Positions 9,569 to 20,098 of a DNA stretch of 64,000 nt are shown one piece after another. Made by a program: the position numbers and the translations under genes. Position 1 is the first letter of the stretch; each line of letters starts with the position of its first letter. The notes under the pieces were generated by a model. It saw only the letters and a list, made by a program, of their open reading frames with translations. It was not told the DNA's origin and made no database searches. Source of the stretch: Patescibacteria group bacterium (lineage in GTDB: Bacteria; Patescibacteriota; Saccharimonadia; Saccharimonadales; 2-12-FULL-41-12); NCBI GenBank assembly GCA_038064875.1, contig JBBTSC010000001.1:55369-119368 (forward strand), read 5' to 3'.

Positions 9569-10228
9569 ATGTCAAACAATGGCTACATTAAAACAAATAT
9601 TGAAGTAATAAAACAAATAAACCCCGATGATCTATCAGAGTTAGTGCCTGATATATATGGTAAAGAATCCGGCGGTTCGCGAGTTTTCAAGCCACTGGGA
9701 AGTGTCAGTGTAGGTGGTTCAAAGTTACACCTTGGCGTAAAAGTAGGAGAGTCTGATTTTGAGAGAGCGATGATTCCGCTGATATTTACACATGAGTTTG
9801 CAGACACCGCAGTTATCGCTGATAGGGCGCCTGAGATAGCACATAAATTGCCTAGATTCATGGGATTGATAGAATTTGACGGAAATCATGCCCCGGCAAT
9901 GTTAGTAGAAGACATGAATCCGGGTAGAGCAAAAGTCAGACAGGTAAGCGCCAGTGACCGCACTAGAGCTTCTCTTGAGGCAATGTTGCCAGTAGGAAGT
10001 GAACTTGATCAGACAGTGCTCAATGCTGGCATGGCATTTGATATTGCTGGCCAAGAAAGAATATTAGACTTACATCCGTCACCGTTCTTACGGCCTGGAG
10101 GAGACAGGGAATTATTCAAAAGGTACAATGCGCTAGCAGATCATTACACTCAAGATCTTGTGATAAGAGTTGCTCATGATAGCCCGCTGGCTGAACAGCT
10201 CAGAACAGATGTCGCGCAGCCTGTTTAA
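9569..10228 (+). CDS. Hypothetical protein
   Basis: 219 aa ORF with a TGGTAAAAT extended -10 just upstream. Confidence 0.6.
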   Translation: MSNNGYIKTNIEVIKQINPDDLSELVPDIYGKESGGSRVFKPLGSVSVGGSKLHLGVKVGESDFERAMIPLIFTHEFADTAVIADRAPEIAHKLPRFMGLIEFDGNHAPAMLVEDMNPGRAKVRQVSASDRTRASLEAMLPVGSELDQTVLNAGMAFDIAGQERILDLHPSPFLRPGGDRELFKRYNALADHYTQDLVIRVAHDSPLAEQLRTDVAQPV

Positions 10229-10248
10229 ATAAGAGCTGTTGAGGTTAA

Positions 10249-10941
10249 TCAACCGCTAATAAAGAATTTGAATGGTAGATTGCCGTGCGCGTTCAAAATA
10301 GCCAAGAATAGAATAAAATCAATGCTCAGATGTGTAACAATCACAAGCCCGAGTGATTTGTATTTCATGAACATGTAGCCCTGTATGAGTGCAAAAGGGT
10401 AAATTATCAGTGGTGCCCAGCCAGTAAACCCTAATTCGTATAGAAATATTGTGAAAAACAGAGCCTGGCAGATATTGGCAATCCAGAATTTTGCATGACG
10501 TCTAAAGATAGTCAAAATTGTGTTAATAAAAAACAATTCATCCCAAAGTCCTAGTGCGTTTGTCCCAATAAATAATAAAATAGTCTCCCCAGCTGTTTTG
10601 GTATTTGGCCAGTTCTGATAACTTCCGGTGCTAGAGAAATAAATAGGGAATATGAAATACGAAAGAGCTACGCCAAATAGGACGAAAGCGATTTTTTCTC
10701 TATTAATCAGTGACTGAAAGTTATACTTAAATACTATTTGTCGGCCAGGCTTATTCCTTAAATAAAAGTACGGTGCAAGTAGAGCCAGGCTAAGACCCCC
10801 AGCCATAATAAGCATATGAGATGGAGAAATATCAGTATTTATCGGAGTTATAGCTACGAGAGCAAGAGCAGATACGATAACTGATAAATCTTGGGCTTTG
10901 GTTTTGGCTAACTTAATCACCCTATAATTGTATACGTACAT
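10249..10941 (-). CDS. CPBP (CAAX protease-like) intramembrane metalloprotease; start uncertain
   Basis: WDELFF, F...YE, H...D motifs; multiple TM segments. Confidence 0.75.
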   Translation of the reverse strand: MYVYNYRVIKLAKTKAQDLSVIVSALALVAITPINTDISPSHMLIMAGGLSLALLAPYFYLRNKPGRQIVFKYNFQSLINREKIAFVLFGVALSYFIFPIYFSSTGSYQNWPNTKTAGETILLFIGTNALGLWDELFFINTILTIFRRHAKFWIANICQALFFTIFLYELGFTGWAPLIIYPFALIQGYMFMKYKSLGLVIVTHLSIDFILFLAILNAHGNLPFKFFISG

Positions 10942-11055
10942 TGAAAATTATTGCATTTTATGTTAATATATGTAGATTGAGTGGGAATTTTACTCAACAA
11001 GTATACCGTTGGAAGTAGTATCCGTATAAATCGAAGTACAACCAAAGGATGAACA

Positions 11056-11883
11056 TTGACATTCAGACCAGTAGTTAATCGAATACCTCTGGCGTTGGTG
11101 ATGCTGACCCTCGCGATCGGATCAATGATGGCTTTTGCTGTCAAGGATGCGGTGGCTTGGACTACGGTCAGCGTCAACGCGACGTGTGACAAATACGTCG
11201 GAACCATGAACCAGATGAGCGTTGGCTTTAACCAATACAGCGTTGTTTTCAACCTGTCTGGTTTCAGCTACGCCGTCCAGATCCCGAACAATCCGCCGTC
11301 TTCGCACAACGCGATCACGGAAGATCTGACCGGGAAAACTCAAGTCGGTCCCTCGGACTATGGCAACAAGAACGCCTGGTTCAAGAACGGCATGGGGCCA
11401 GTCATCCTGACTATCCCTGCCGACGGGAAGAAGAGAGTCTGGAAGTTTGGTTACGAGTACAAGACGCCGATTCTGATCGTTCTCGATCCGAACACGCCGG
11501 CTTGCACTCCGCCACCGCCTCCGACTCCTCCGACCGGCCCGACGCCTCCTGTCACGCCACCACTGATTGTGACCGCGCCAGGATTCCCTGTTGTACCGAA
11601 GCCAACCGTCACCGGAAGGTGTACCCGCGCCGGCTACAACTCGGAAATAAGTGTCACTCCAGCTGTCAACGCAAAGAGCGTCACTTATATCTACGGCAAC
11701 GGCAAGAGAAAGACGATCAACAAGGCACCGTTCGTGCTCAAACTCCGCCACAGGCGCAAGCCCGTCGGCGTAGTACCGGTCGTCACCATGAACAACGACA
11801 AGGTTGTCGTTCTCAAGACGATCAGAACCAATGTCTGTCGCAAGACGACGAAGAGAACGCCGAACCCGCCATACACGGGCTGA
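11056..11883 (+). CDS. Secreted Pro-rich protein ending in PPYTG; GC-rich gene
   Basis: Signal-peptide-like N-terminus (AVA-W); PPPPTPPTGPTPP linker; strong C/G third-position bias; AAGGA RBS before a TTG start. Confidence 0.75.
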   Translation: MTFRPVVNRIPLALVMLTLAIGSMMAFAVKDAVAWTTVSVNATCDKYVGTMNQMSVGFNQYSVVFNLSGFSYAVQIPNNPPSSHNAITEDLTGKTQVGPSDYGNKNAWFKNGMGPVILTIPADGKKRVWKFGYEYKTPILIVLDPNTPACTPPPPPTPPTGPTPPVTPPLIVTAPGFPVVPKPTVTGRCTRAGYNSEISVTPAVNAKSVTYIYGNGKRKTINKAPFVLKLRHRRKPVGVVPVVTMNNDKVVVLKTIRTNVCRKTTKRTPNPPYTG

Positions 11884-12075
11884 GAAGCAAGCCAACCGGG
11901 CTTGGACATGAGATTATGAGCAAGGATGCTCTCCCTCATGTCGTTTGCTAACCCTAGCAACCAACTCGCCCTCCAACTACTTTCTGATAAAATTCCCACC
12001 AATAATCCTTTACTACTTTGTTCAATACATATGGACATAAGTGTTATGATTGAGTAGTAAAAGGGGGTAAGCGTT

Positions 12076-12447
12076 ATGTTAAATCAAGGCAAGGTATTCG
12101 CAACACTAGCAGTGAGCGATATTAATAAAGCAAAAGAATTTTATAGCACTACATTGGGGCTATCTCAAGTAGATGAAAACCCAGGTGGTGTGACATATGA
12201 AAGTGGCGGGGGAAGGCTTTTTGTCTACCAATCTCCTACAGCGGGCACAAACCAAGCTACCTGCGCTAGCTGGCAAGTTGATGATATACGCTCAGCCGTT
12301 GATGATCTTAAAGGCAAGGGGATTAGCTTTGAACATTACGAAGTGCCGGGAGCAACAATGGACGGTGATATCCATGTTATGGGTGATATGAAAGCGTCTT
12401 GGTTCAAAGATCCTGACGGCAATATTTTAAATGTTGCACAAGCTTAA
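12076..12447 (+). CDS. VOC / glyoxalase family protein
   Basis: AVSDINKAKEFY; WFKDPDGNIL. Confidence 0.9.
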   Translation: MLNQGKVFATLAVSDINKAKEFYSTTLGLSQVDENPGGVTYESGGGRLFVYQSPTAGTNQATCASWQVDDIRSAVDDLKGKGISFEHYEVPGATMDGDIHVMGDMKASWFKDPDGNILNVAQA

Positions 12448-12471
12448 TTTTAATAGACAAAGGTAAAATAA

Positions 12472-13395
12472 ATGATTCCAGAATGGTTCTTGTTGGCTCT
12501 TTTACCACCACTTATCTGGGCTAGTAATTATCACATTGATAAAATTGCTATTACTAAATTTGGGAAGGGTGTTCCAAATGTTCAGCTAGCGATCATCAGT
12601 GGTCTCGGTGGTTTGTTAGTTATTGCCTCGTTACTATTTTTGGACCCATCTAGGGTGACAACTAGCTGGAGTTTTCACGAAATTAGTTTCACTTTTGCTG
12701 GTGGTATTTTTTATTTGCTGGGCTCATATATGTATTATCTTGGTTTAAGCAAAGAAGAAGTTACAAGAGTTGCTCCGCTTTATGCTTTTTCGCCTATATT
12801 CGGTATCTTGCTAGGTACTACCCTGTTGGGTGAGCATATAAATGCCTTAAATATATTAGGAATTTTGATTGTTGTAGCTGGCGGTATTTTAGTTGATAGC
12901 AGAGTAGTAAAACATATCTTTAAGGTAAATTGGACTGTGTTGATTGCGATAGCAGTGTCTTGCGTGGGGTTTTCTTTATCGAGCGTCGGCTTTAAGCAGT
13001 CAAGCAATTATCTAGATTTTGGAGATAATTTGATGTGGTTTTTTGTAGGTTCTGTTGCAACAAGCATTGTGTTGATTTTGATGCCCAAACATAGACAAGA
13101 TTTTTTGAATCTTTTTAAAAACCATACTAAACGTAAGCTGACTTTAGTGATGATTATTAGCAATATAGTAGGAAATATAGGCAGATCAATACATAACTAT
13201 GCAGTTTTGTTGGTGCCGATTGCTTTTGTTCAGACAGTAGAAGCTTTTGAGTCGGCTTTTGTGTTAGTGATTGCTGTGCTGTTGGGAAAGTTTTTTGTGG
13301 GATTAGAGCCAGAAGACTTGTCGCGAAGAGTTTTGGCTCAAAAACTAGCTTCGATAGCAGTTATTATTACTGGTTCATTACTGTTGATGTTTTAA
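12472..13395 (+). CDS. EamA/DMT family transporter
   Basis: About 10 TM segments in two repeats; LLGE motif. Confidence 0.85.
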   Translation: MIPEWFLLALLPPLIWASNYHIDKIAITKFGKGVPNVQLAIISGLGGLLVIASLLFLDPSRVTTSWSFHEISFTFAGGIFYLLGSYMYYLGLSKEEVTRVAPLYAFSPIFGILLGTTLLGEHINALNILGILIVVAGGILVDSRVVKHIFKVNWTVLIAIAVSCVGFSLSSVGFKQSSNYLDFGDNLMWFFVGSVATSIVLILMPKHRQDFLNLFKNHTKRKLTLVMIISNIVGNIGRSIHNYAVLLVPIAFVQTVEAFESAFVLVIAVLLGKFFVGLEPEDLSRRVLAQKLASIAVIITGSLLLMF

Positions 13396-13464
13396 AAATA
13401 GAACAAAAAGTGTATGCAATATTAAGCGTTTGTGCTTTAATGTGTTTTAGGTTAGTTTGTCATT

Positions 13465-13920
13465 ATGATCGAGATAGCAGATACAATTCACTTGCCTTAC
13501 CCTAGACCGCACGTCTTTGAAGCTGGGAGACTCTTAAAACTATTTGGTTCAGGCAACGGCTTCTGTTTTGAATCCACAAAAAGAAAAATTTCAATGGGTG
13601 TTTTATTGGGAGTATCTGTCGAAGGGTTTTCTAAAGTAGGTGATATTAAAGGCAAAGTTGAAGAGTTTATCCCTAATGAACTAGTAAGAATAGTTGGTGG
13701 CTCTAGATTTGTTGATCTTAGTATGGCCATTAGCTTGGAAGATTACAGAGGGGGGACTAATGCAAGTTATGATTTTACACTTGGAGGGAGCAACCAGCTC
13801 GGTAAGGTAATTATAGGGGGGTTGCACGAGCCTCTTTTGGAGAAGATAACAGGATCTATCTCTGGTTACCAGGAAAATTTAGCTATACATTTGCAGGAAA
13901 GAGCACAAGAAGTTGCCTAA
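13465..13920 (+). CDS. SRPBCC-like protein
   Basis: Size and pattern (I...P...VF, VEEF.PN, GGT) typical of the fold. Confidence 0.5.
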   Translation: MIEIADTIHLPYPRPHVFEAGRLLKLFGSGNGFCFESTKRKISMGVLLGVSVEGFSKVGDIKGKVEEFIPNELVRIVGGSRFVDLSMAISLEDYRGGTNASYDFTLGGSNQLGKVIIGGLHEPLLEKITGSISGYQENLAIHLQERAQEVA

Positions 13921-13970
13921 ATACAGGTGCTTGGGCTTTGAAAACGTTAGATCCATGAGATAATGGATAT

Positions 13971-14714
13971 ATGAAATTAGACCAAGGGATTTTACAGATC
14001 GAAGGAGACCCTACACCCTACGCTATTGTAGAGCCAAATGATGATAAAGAATGGTGTGTCTTGTGGCTCCAGGGTTGGACTAGTGCGATTGAAAAGCACT
14101 TTCCTCGGTTGCAAGAAATGTCGGAAACCACCGGAATTAGTTTTGGTATGATCAACTATGCAGGACATGGTGATCATCCAGTGAGCTTGGATGATAGTAG
14201 CCGTTCTCAGCAATTTAATGAAGTTCTATTCATCTATGACAAATTAAAATCTATGGGATACAAAAAGATTATTGTGGTAGGGACGAGCTTTGGCGGGTAT
14301 ATGGCTGCGCATCTGTCTGCAAAGAGGGAACTTGCAAGTGTAGTGCTGAGGGTTCCTGCAATTTACCAAGATGAAGAATGGGAATTTCCATACGCAAAAA
14401 CAGAACGGGCTCAGGGCCCGGAGGCCGCCAGAAAATTTAGAGAGAATATTAGTGCAGATAGTAGTTCCGATGTGCTGTCAGCGATCAAAAATTTTAAGAA
14501 TACGGTTTATGTGGTTGAGCATGAGAAAGATTCGATAGTTCCTAAAAACGTAGTGAAGGCGTATTTTGACGTGGCAAAACGGGGGAATTATTTAGTTGTG
14601 CCTGGGTTAGACCATAGCCCAGAGATGATGGATGAGCCAGAAAAATACCAAGATTATATACAGCAAATGATAATTGATATTATTGAGCTTATACGCAAGG
14701 AAAATAGGTTTTAA
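13971..14714 (+). CDS. Alpha/beta hydrolase
   Basis: GTSFGG nucleophile elbow; D.IVP; DH. Confidence 0.88.
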   Translation: MKLDQGILQIEGDPTPYAIVEPNDDKEWCVLWLQGWTSAIEKHFPRLQEMSETTGISFGMINYAGHGDHPVSLDDSSRSQQFNEVLFIYDKLKSMGYKKIIVVGTSFGGYMAAHLSAKRELASVVLRVPAIYQDEEWEFPYAKTERAQGPEAARKFRENISADSSSDVLSAIKNFKNTVYVVEHEKDSIVPKNVVKAYFDVAKRGNYLVVPGLDHSPEMMDEPEKYQDYIQQMIIDIIELIRKENRF

Positions 14715-14716
14715 TC

Positions 14717-15160
14717 ATGGTTGAAAAATTGATAAGAGAATATTTAGCAGAAAAGAGAATGATGCAAATCGCATCTGTTAATAGTGATCAGCCATGGATA
14801 TGTACTGTTTATTTTGTTGCAGATGAGAATCAAAATTTGTATTGGCTCAGTTTGCCTAAGCGACGACATAGCCAAGAGATTAAAAAGAATAATAAGGTGG
14901 CTATAGCGGTCCCAGTGAAGTTCGACAAGCCGGTTATTGGCATACAGACAGAGGGTGTTGCTGAGGTAGTAGCTGATAGTGAAGTTGTCAAAGTAGTTAT
15001 GGAGAAGTACGTTGAAAAATATGGTCAGGGCAAAGATTTTTATGATAATTTTGTAGCCGGCAAAATGGAGCATTCACTCTATAAATTTACTCCCAAAAGA
15101 TTTGCGTTATTTGATGAAGTCCATTTTTCTACCGGCGACCCCCAGGAGTGGCTTAAATAA
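14717..15160 (+). CDS. Pyridoxamine 5'-phosphate oxidase-like FMN-binding protein
   Basis: PW.CTVYF; RHS..I..N.KVA. Confidence 0.8.
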   Translation: MVEKLIREYLAEKRMMQIASVNSDQPWICTVYFVADENQNLYWLSLPKRRHSQEIKKNNKVAIAVPVKFDKPVIGIQTEGVAEVVADSEVVKVVMEKYVEKYGQGKDFYDNFVAGKMEHSLYKFTPKRFALFDEVHFSTGDPQEWLK

Positions 15161-15162
15161 AA

Positions 15163-15759
15163 ATGATCAGCGAAAATTTTATATATGTTGGTGCAGTCCT
15201 GACCTTAATAGGGAGTTTAGACTATGTTATTAATACCTTAAAAGGCAAGACAAAGCCTAACAGAGTAACGTGGTTCTTATGGGCTTTGGCACCGTTGATT
15301 GCATTTGGCGTTCAACTTGATGAGGGGGTTGGTCTAGTAGCGCTGATGACTTTCATGGTTGGCTTTGGCCCGTTGATGGTATTTATCGCATCTTTTGTTA
15401 ACAAAAAATCATATTGGAAAATAACAAAGTTTGATCTTATTTGTGGGCTTTTGTCATGTCTCGGTTTACTGCTTTGGCTGATCCTGCAAGAAGGGAATGT
15501 AGCAATAGCTATGACTATTCTCGCAGATGGTTTGGCTGCATTGCCAACAGTGTTAAAATCATACAGAGAGCCTCGAACTGAGAGCTATCTTGCATTTCTC
15601 CTTTCTTCTATAAATGCGATCATAACTTTGTTGGCGGTAAAGATGTGGGACTTCACACATGTAGGATTTCCAATTTATATATTGACCGTTTGTACGTTAC
15701 TTTTTGTACTGATTCGTTTCGAGCTCGGACCAAAACTTAGTAAATATAGATCTATATGA
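15163..15759 (+). CDS. Conserved membrane protein
   Basis: GKTKPNRVTW, PT..KSY..P..E; seven TM segments. Confidence 0.7.
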   Translation: MISENFIYVGAVLTLIGSLDYVINTLKGKTKPNRVTWFLWALAPLIAFGVQLDEGVGLVALMTFMVGFGPLMVFIASFVNKKSYWKITKFDLICGLLSCLGLLLWLILQEGNVAIAMTILADGLAALPTVLKSYREPRTESYLAFLLSSINAIITLLAVKMWDFTHVGFPIYILTVCTLLFVLIRFELGPKLSKYRSI

Positions 15760-16454
15760 TTGCAGAGGATTTCGAAGTAGCTCTAGCTAAATATGGTAGT
15801 GATAGTGACGCAGTATTCTTGCAAAGATTTTTCAAGACCGGTCCGGGAGAGTATGGGGAAGGTGATCTTTTCATAGGGGCAAAAGTACCTGACACTCGAA
15901 AAGTATGCAGAGAATTCAAAAATCTACCTCTGGTAGAAATACAAAAGTTGCTGAATAGCCCATTTCACGAGCATAGGTTAGGTGCGGTAATACTTTTGGT
16001 GAATCAATTTAAAAGCAATCAAAAAGAAATTTATGATTTTTATCTTAAAAACGTTTATGCTGGACTCGTTAATAATTGGGACATCGTAGACAGCTCGGCA
16101 CACCAAATAGTCGGTGGGTATTTGATAGACAGACAGAGAGATATTATCTATGAGCTAGCACAAAGTGAGAAGCTGTGGGAGAAGAGAGTGGCTATAATAG
16201 CGACGTTTCATTTTATAAAGAATGGGGATAGCTCGACAACAATAGATATCGCAGAGATGCTACTGCACGACAAGCATGATCTAATCCACAAAGCTGTCGG
16301 TTGGATGTTGCGTGAAGTTGGCAAGCGAGTAGACGAAGCGATCTTGATAGATTTTCTTGATAAGTATGCCAACCAGATGCCTAGAACTATGCTTAGATAT
16401 TCGATAGAAAAACTTCCAGAACAAAAGCGACAATATTATCTTAAGATGACTTAG
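15756..16454 (+). CDS. DNA alkylation repair protein (AlkD-like)
   Basis: FFKTGPGEYGEGD, NNWDIVD, KAVGWMLRE. Confidence 0.9.
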   Translation: MIAEDFEVALAKYGSDSDAVFLQRFFKTGPGEYGEGDLFIGAKVPDTRKVCREFKNLPLVEIQKLLNSPFHEHRLGAVILLVNQFKSNQKEIYDFYLKNVYAGLVNNWDIVDSSAHQIVGGYLIDRQRDIIYELAQSEKLWEKRVAIIATFHFIKNGDSSTTIDIAEMLLHDKHDLIHKAVGWMLREVGKRVDEAILIDFLDKYANQMPRTMLRYSIEKLPEQKRQYYLKMT

Positions 16455-16456
16455 AT

Positions 16457-17380
16457 CTATTTTGAAGCGAGTTGATCGAGGAGGGCCATACGCACAAAGA
16501 GTCCGTTGCCTGCTTGGTCAAAATACCTAACTCTAGAGTCACTATCTACGTCTGTTGATATCTCATCAACTCGAGGCAGGGGATGCATGATGATTGCATC
16601 TTTTTTCATAAATTTGAGGGTGTCTTTGCTAATGATAAATCCGCCAGCAAGACCTTTTTCATGTTCTTCTAGTCGCTCCTTTTGTAGTCGCGTCCAATAG
16701 ATAACATCAGAATCAGCTACGCCTTGTTCTATATCTGTAATTTCCTCATATGTTGTGTTATTTTCTTTCAGAAAATCTTTAATATCTTGGTCAACAGCAA
16801 GTGACTTGGTCGAAACAAATTTAATATGATTGTTGTCGAATTTTGCCATAATTTTAGCTAAAGATCGGGCGGTGCGACCGTGCTTGAGGTCTCCACCAAT
16901 AGTGATCGTCAGATTATCAAGGCGCTTGAAATTGAAGAATATTGTATATGTATCTAGTAGCGATTGGGTTGGGTGCTCACCTTTGCCGTCGCCAGCATTT
17001 ATAATAGGTGTTTTAGCAACTTTGGCTGCCCGGCCAACAATACCAGTCTCTGGATGTCGAATAATTATTGCGCTGAATTTGTATTCATCAAGAACGCGGA
17101 TTGTATCCTCTATAGTCTCGCCTTTACTGGCAGAAGAGAACTCTCCAGCACTCTCTGTGCTCACAACTCCGAATCCTAACTTGTAGCCAGCTGTCTCAAA
17201 GCTGAGTCGAGTACGAGTAGAAGGCTCATAGAATAGGGTGCAGATCTGTTTGTCACGGTGCTTTTTTGCAAGTTCGAGCATTCCGCCTTTTGAATAGAAA
17301 GTGTCCTCAATCTTTTTTGTTCGCTCAAAAAGATCAAACAAATCCTTTGGCGTAAATTGATCTATGGACACCACATGCAT
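16457..17380 (-). CDS. pyrB: Aspartate carbamoyltransferase; start reassigned to MHVVSID
   Basis: FYEPSTRTRLSF, HPTQ, HPLPR; TGGTATAAT 7 nt before this ATG. Confidence 0.95.
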   Translation of the reverse strand: MHVVSIDQFTPKDLFDLFERTKKIEDTFYSKGGMLELAKKHRDKQICTLFYEPSTRTRLSFETAGYKLGFGVVSTESAGEFSSASKGETIEDTIRVLDEYKFSAIIIRHPETGIVGRAAKVAKTPIINAGDGKGEHPTQSLLDTYTIFFNFKRLDNLTITIGGDLKHGRTARSLAKIMAKFDNNHIKFVSTKSLAVDQDIKDFLKENNTTYEEITDIEQGVADSDVIYWTRLQKERLEEHEKGLAGGFIISKDTLKFMKKDAIIMHPLPRVDEISTDVDSDSRVRYFDQAGNGLFVRMALLDQLASK

Positions 17381-17478
17381 GTGTAAAATTATACCATAGT
17401 GGTTAGGAAATAATTTGCTATTTGCTGTCAAAAAATATATTATATCCACTAGTGTTAAACAAACAAAAATGAGCAAAA

Positions 17479-18741
17479 ATGACAGAAGACAATAGATTAG
17501 ATAACTTCCCGAAAAACTTTTTTTGGGGGGCTTCAAGTGCTGCGCACCAGTACGAAGGGCGTAATCATAATCAATGGAGCGTTTGGGAGCTAGAACATGC
17601 CAAAGAACAGGCTAGAACAGCCCACCAGAGACTTAGCTGGTTACCGTCGTGGGATCGAATAAAGGACGAAGCCGAAGATCCTGATAATTATATTTCAGGA
17701 GTAGGTAATGACCACTATAACAGGTTCGAAGAAGACTTTGACTTGATCAAAAAGTTAAATTTAAATGCTTTTAGGTTCTCTATAGAATGGTCTCGGATTG
17801 AACCAGAAGAAGGCAAATGGAACGACGAAGAAATAGAACACTATAAAAAGTATATTAAAGAGCTTCGAAAGCGAAAGATCGAGCCTTTTCTCAATATCTG
17901 GCATTGGACACTTCCAGTTTGGTTCGCTGAAATGGGTGGGTTTGAAAAAAGACGGAACATTAAATATTTTGAGAGGTTTGTTCAGAAAGTAACAGATGAA
18001 CTTCTTGATGATGTACAGTACGTAATCACTCTAAATGAGCCAAATAACTACGTTTCTTTCGGATATATTTTAGGAGAGTGGCCTCCGGGGAAGAAGACTA
18101 ATGTGATATCTGCAGGTGCTACGCACTATAATCTTGTTCTCGCACACAGAAGGGCGTATAAAATAATCAAAAAACAGAGGAAAGATATCAGTGTGGGGGT
18201 ATCGCCCAACACTTCAAATATTCAGCCAAAGAGGCCACATAATGTCTTGGATATTATCTCTACTCAGGTCATGCGTTATGCCTGGAACTGGTGGTTTCTA
18301 AATAGGGTCAAGAGAACTATGGATTTTGTGGGAATAAACTACTATTTTGCTGACTACTATGCTGGATTTGGTAAAATCAAAAATCCACACCAGCCAGTAA
18401 ATGACCTTGGTTGGTACATGGAGCCAGAAGGCTTGTATCATATTATTTCACGTGCGTGGGCTCACTATAAAAAGCCAATATTTATCACTGAGACCGGGCT
18501 GGCAGATCAGCGTGATGAATACAGGCGTTGGTGGATAGAAGAAAATGTTGTCGCTATGGAAAGAGCTATAAGTGATGGGGTTGATCTGCGAGGCTATCTA
18601 CATTGGAGTTTGCTAGATAATTTTGAATGGGGATTTGGCTGGTGGCCAAAATTTGGATTAATATCGGTTGATCGCAAACATGGCATGAAGAGAACAATTA
18701 GACCAAGCGCCCAGTGGTTTGCTGACTGGCTCGGCAAGTGA
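17479..18741 (+). CDS. Glycoside hydrolase family 1 (beta-glucosidase-like)
   Basis: FFWG...AHQYEG, TLNEP, ITETG, DNFEW. Confidence 0.95.
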   Translation: MTEDNRLDNFPKNFFWGASSAAHQYEGRNHNQWSVWELEHAKEQARTAHQRLSWLPSWDRIKDEAEDPDNYISGVGNDHYNRFEEDFDLIKKLNLNAFRFSIEWSRIEPEEGKWNDEEIEHYKKYIKELRKRKIEPFLNIWHWTLPVWFAEMGGFEKRRNIKYFERFVQKVTDELLDDVQYVITLNEPNNYVSFGYILGEWPPGKKTNVISAGATHYNLVLAHRRAYKIIKKQRKDISVGVSPNTSNIQPKRPHNVLDIISTQVMRYAWNWWFLNRVKRTMDFVGINYYFADYYAGFGKIKNPHQPVNDLGWYMEPEGLYHIISRAWAHYKKPIFITETGLADQRDEYRRWWIEENVVAMERAISDGVDLRGYLHWSLLDNFEWGFGWWPKFGLISVDRKHGMKRTIRPSAQWFADWLGK

Positions 18742-19425
18742 TTAAAATTGACTTGCAGTAGTGGTTACAGTATCTTCGAATTCTTTTGGTACTAGAATTT
18801 TCTTAACATCCTTAAAGGTTGCTGCTAATCTTGATCCTTTTGGAGTTGATCCTGTCCTCACAGTTCCTCCCATATTTGCATCCTGGTAGTAGATTCTTTT
18901 GCCAACTCCTGCTCTTTTTGCTTCTAAGTGGTGTTGTTTTTTGTCATCAATCATTGCTGCTGCACCAAATCCAGCGTATATAGACTCTTTTGAATCAATA
19001 AAGTTTGTTGCGTCATTTCCAATTGTGAATAATCTCAAATCTTGCTGGAGTTCTCCAACTTCATGTCCGTAATACTTTTCTAGCCATGCTAGCGTATGAG
19101 AATGTACTGCAGGTACTCTGGCACTTGCAAATACGACTGTATAAAACACAGCCACTAAACCTAGAACATCAGGCGAATCTTTGATAGGTTCTACATCTAG
19201 AGCATCTTGTGATTGTAGAAATCGGTCTTTAGCTCTGTAGAATGCTTGTAAGTCCATATTGTAGGCTTCTGCTGTAGCGCTCTCGTCTGCAGGTAATTCT
19301 GTAGACCTCGGCTCGCCAGGTAGCCAAAGTGCATTGATTTTTCTGGGGTCCACCAAGACTGAGTCGATGTCACACACAAAGATTGGTTTATCTGTTTGCT
19401 GTATTGTTTCAATACTTGAACTCAT
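18742..19425 (-). CDS. HAD-superfamily 5'(3')-deoxyribonucleotidase-like protein
   Basis: CDIDSVL, ASAR, MIDD motifs. Confidence 0.7.
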   Translation of the reverse strand: MSSSIETIQQTDKPIFVCDIDSVLVDPRKINALWLPGEPRSTELPADESATAEAYNMDLQAFYRAKDRFLQSQDALDVEPIKDSPDVLGLVAVFYTVVFASARVPAVHSHTLAWLEKYYGHEVGELQQDLRLFTIGNDATNFIDSKESIYAGFGAAAMIDDKKQHHLEAKRAGVGKRIYYQDANMGGTVRTGSTPKGSRLAATFKDVKKILVPKEFEDTVTTTASQF

Positions 19426-19500
19426 ACTTAATTGGTATAATACCATAATTGTTTATAAAAGCAATACTTTATATTATCAACTGTGATAAAATACAATATT

Positions 19501-20043
19501 ATGAGCAAAATTATTGCAATTGTAGGCGGTCCAGGCACAGGCAAAACAGCACTCGTTCGCGAACTAGCTCGTCGTGGCTATCATGTGATCGAAGAGGCAG
19601 CGCGTCAGGTTATTGACGAAGGTTTGGCAAACGGGGAAACAATAGAAAAGATAAGAGCTAATAACGAAAGATTCCAACGGGCGGTACTTGAAAGAAAAAT
19701 AAAAAACGAAAATATATCTTCAAATCAGGCTAACGACGATGAATTTATCTTTTCAGACAGGGGAATGCATGAGACTTGGGCTTACTTCCAGACATATGGA
19801 ATGAATATGGACAGCGATCTCGACAATATGCTGAGAACACATACATACTACAGGGTGTTTCTTTTAGATATGTTAGATAATTATGATAGGGAAGATTACG
19901 CACGTACTGAGTCAAGAAAAGAAGCGGAAGAGCTACATAGACTCACAGAATTAGCTTATAGAAGGTATGGGGTAAAGGTTGATAATCTCCCGGCAATGAG
20001 CGTAGAAAAACGTGCCGACTATGTCTTGGATATCATATTTTGA
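19501..20043 (+). CDS. AAA_28 / NadR-Ttd14-like P-loop kinase
   Basis: GGPGTGKT, E.AR, SDRG, RTE. Confidence 0.85.
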   Translation: MSKIIAIVGGPGTGKTALVRELARRGYHVIEEAARQVIDEGLANGETIEKIRANNERFQRAVLERKIKNENISSNQANDDEFIFSDRGMHETWAYFQTYGMNMDSDLDNMLRTHTYYRVFLLDMLDNYDREDYARTESRKEAEELHRLTELAYRRYGVKVDNLPAMSVEKRADYVLDIIF

Positions 20044-20098
20044 TTGCTTATAGTTGCGGGGGATAGTAGAATATTACTTGAAATAATAAGAGGTAACT

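Noticed and set aside
11122-12038. Long overlapping ORFs (257, 149 and 115 aa) across the GC-rich gene
   Set aside because: Expected shadow frames from high GC and codon bias; Arg-rich, non-protein-like composition
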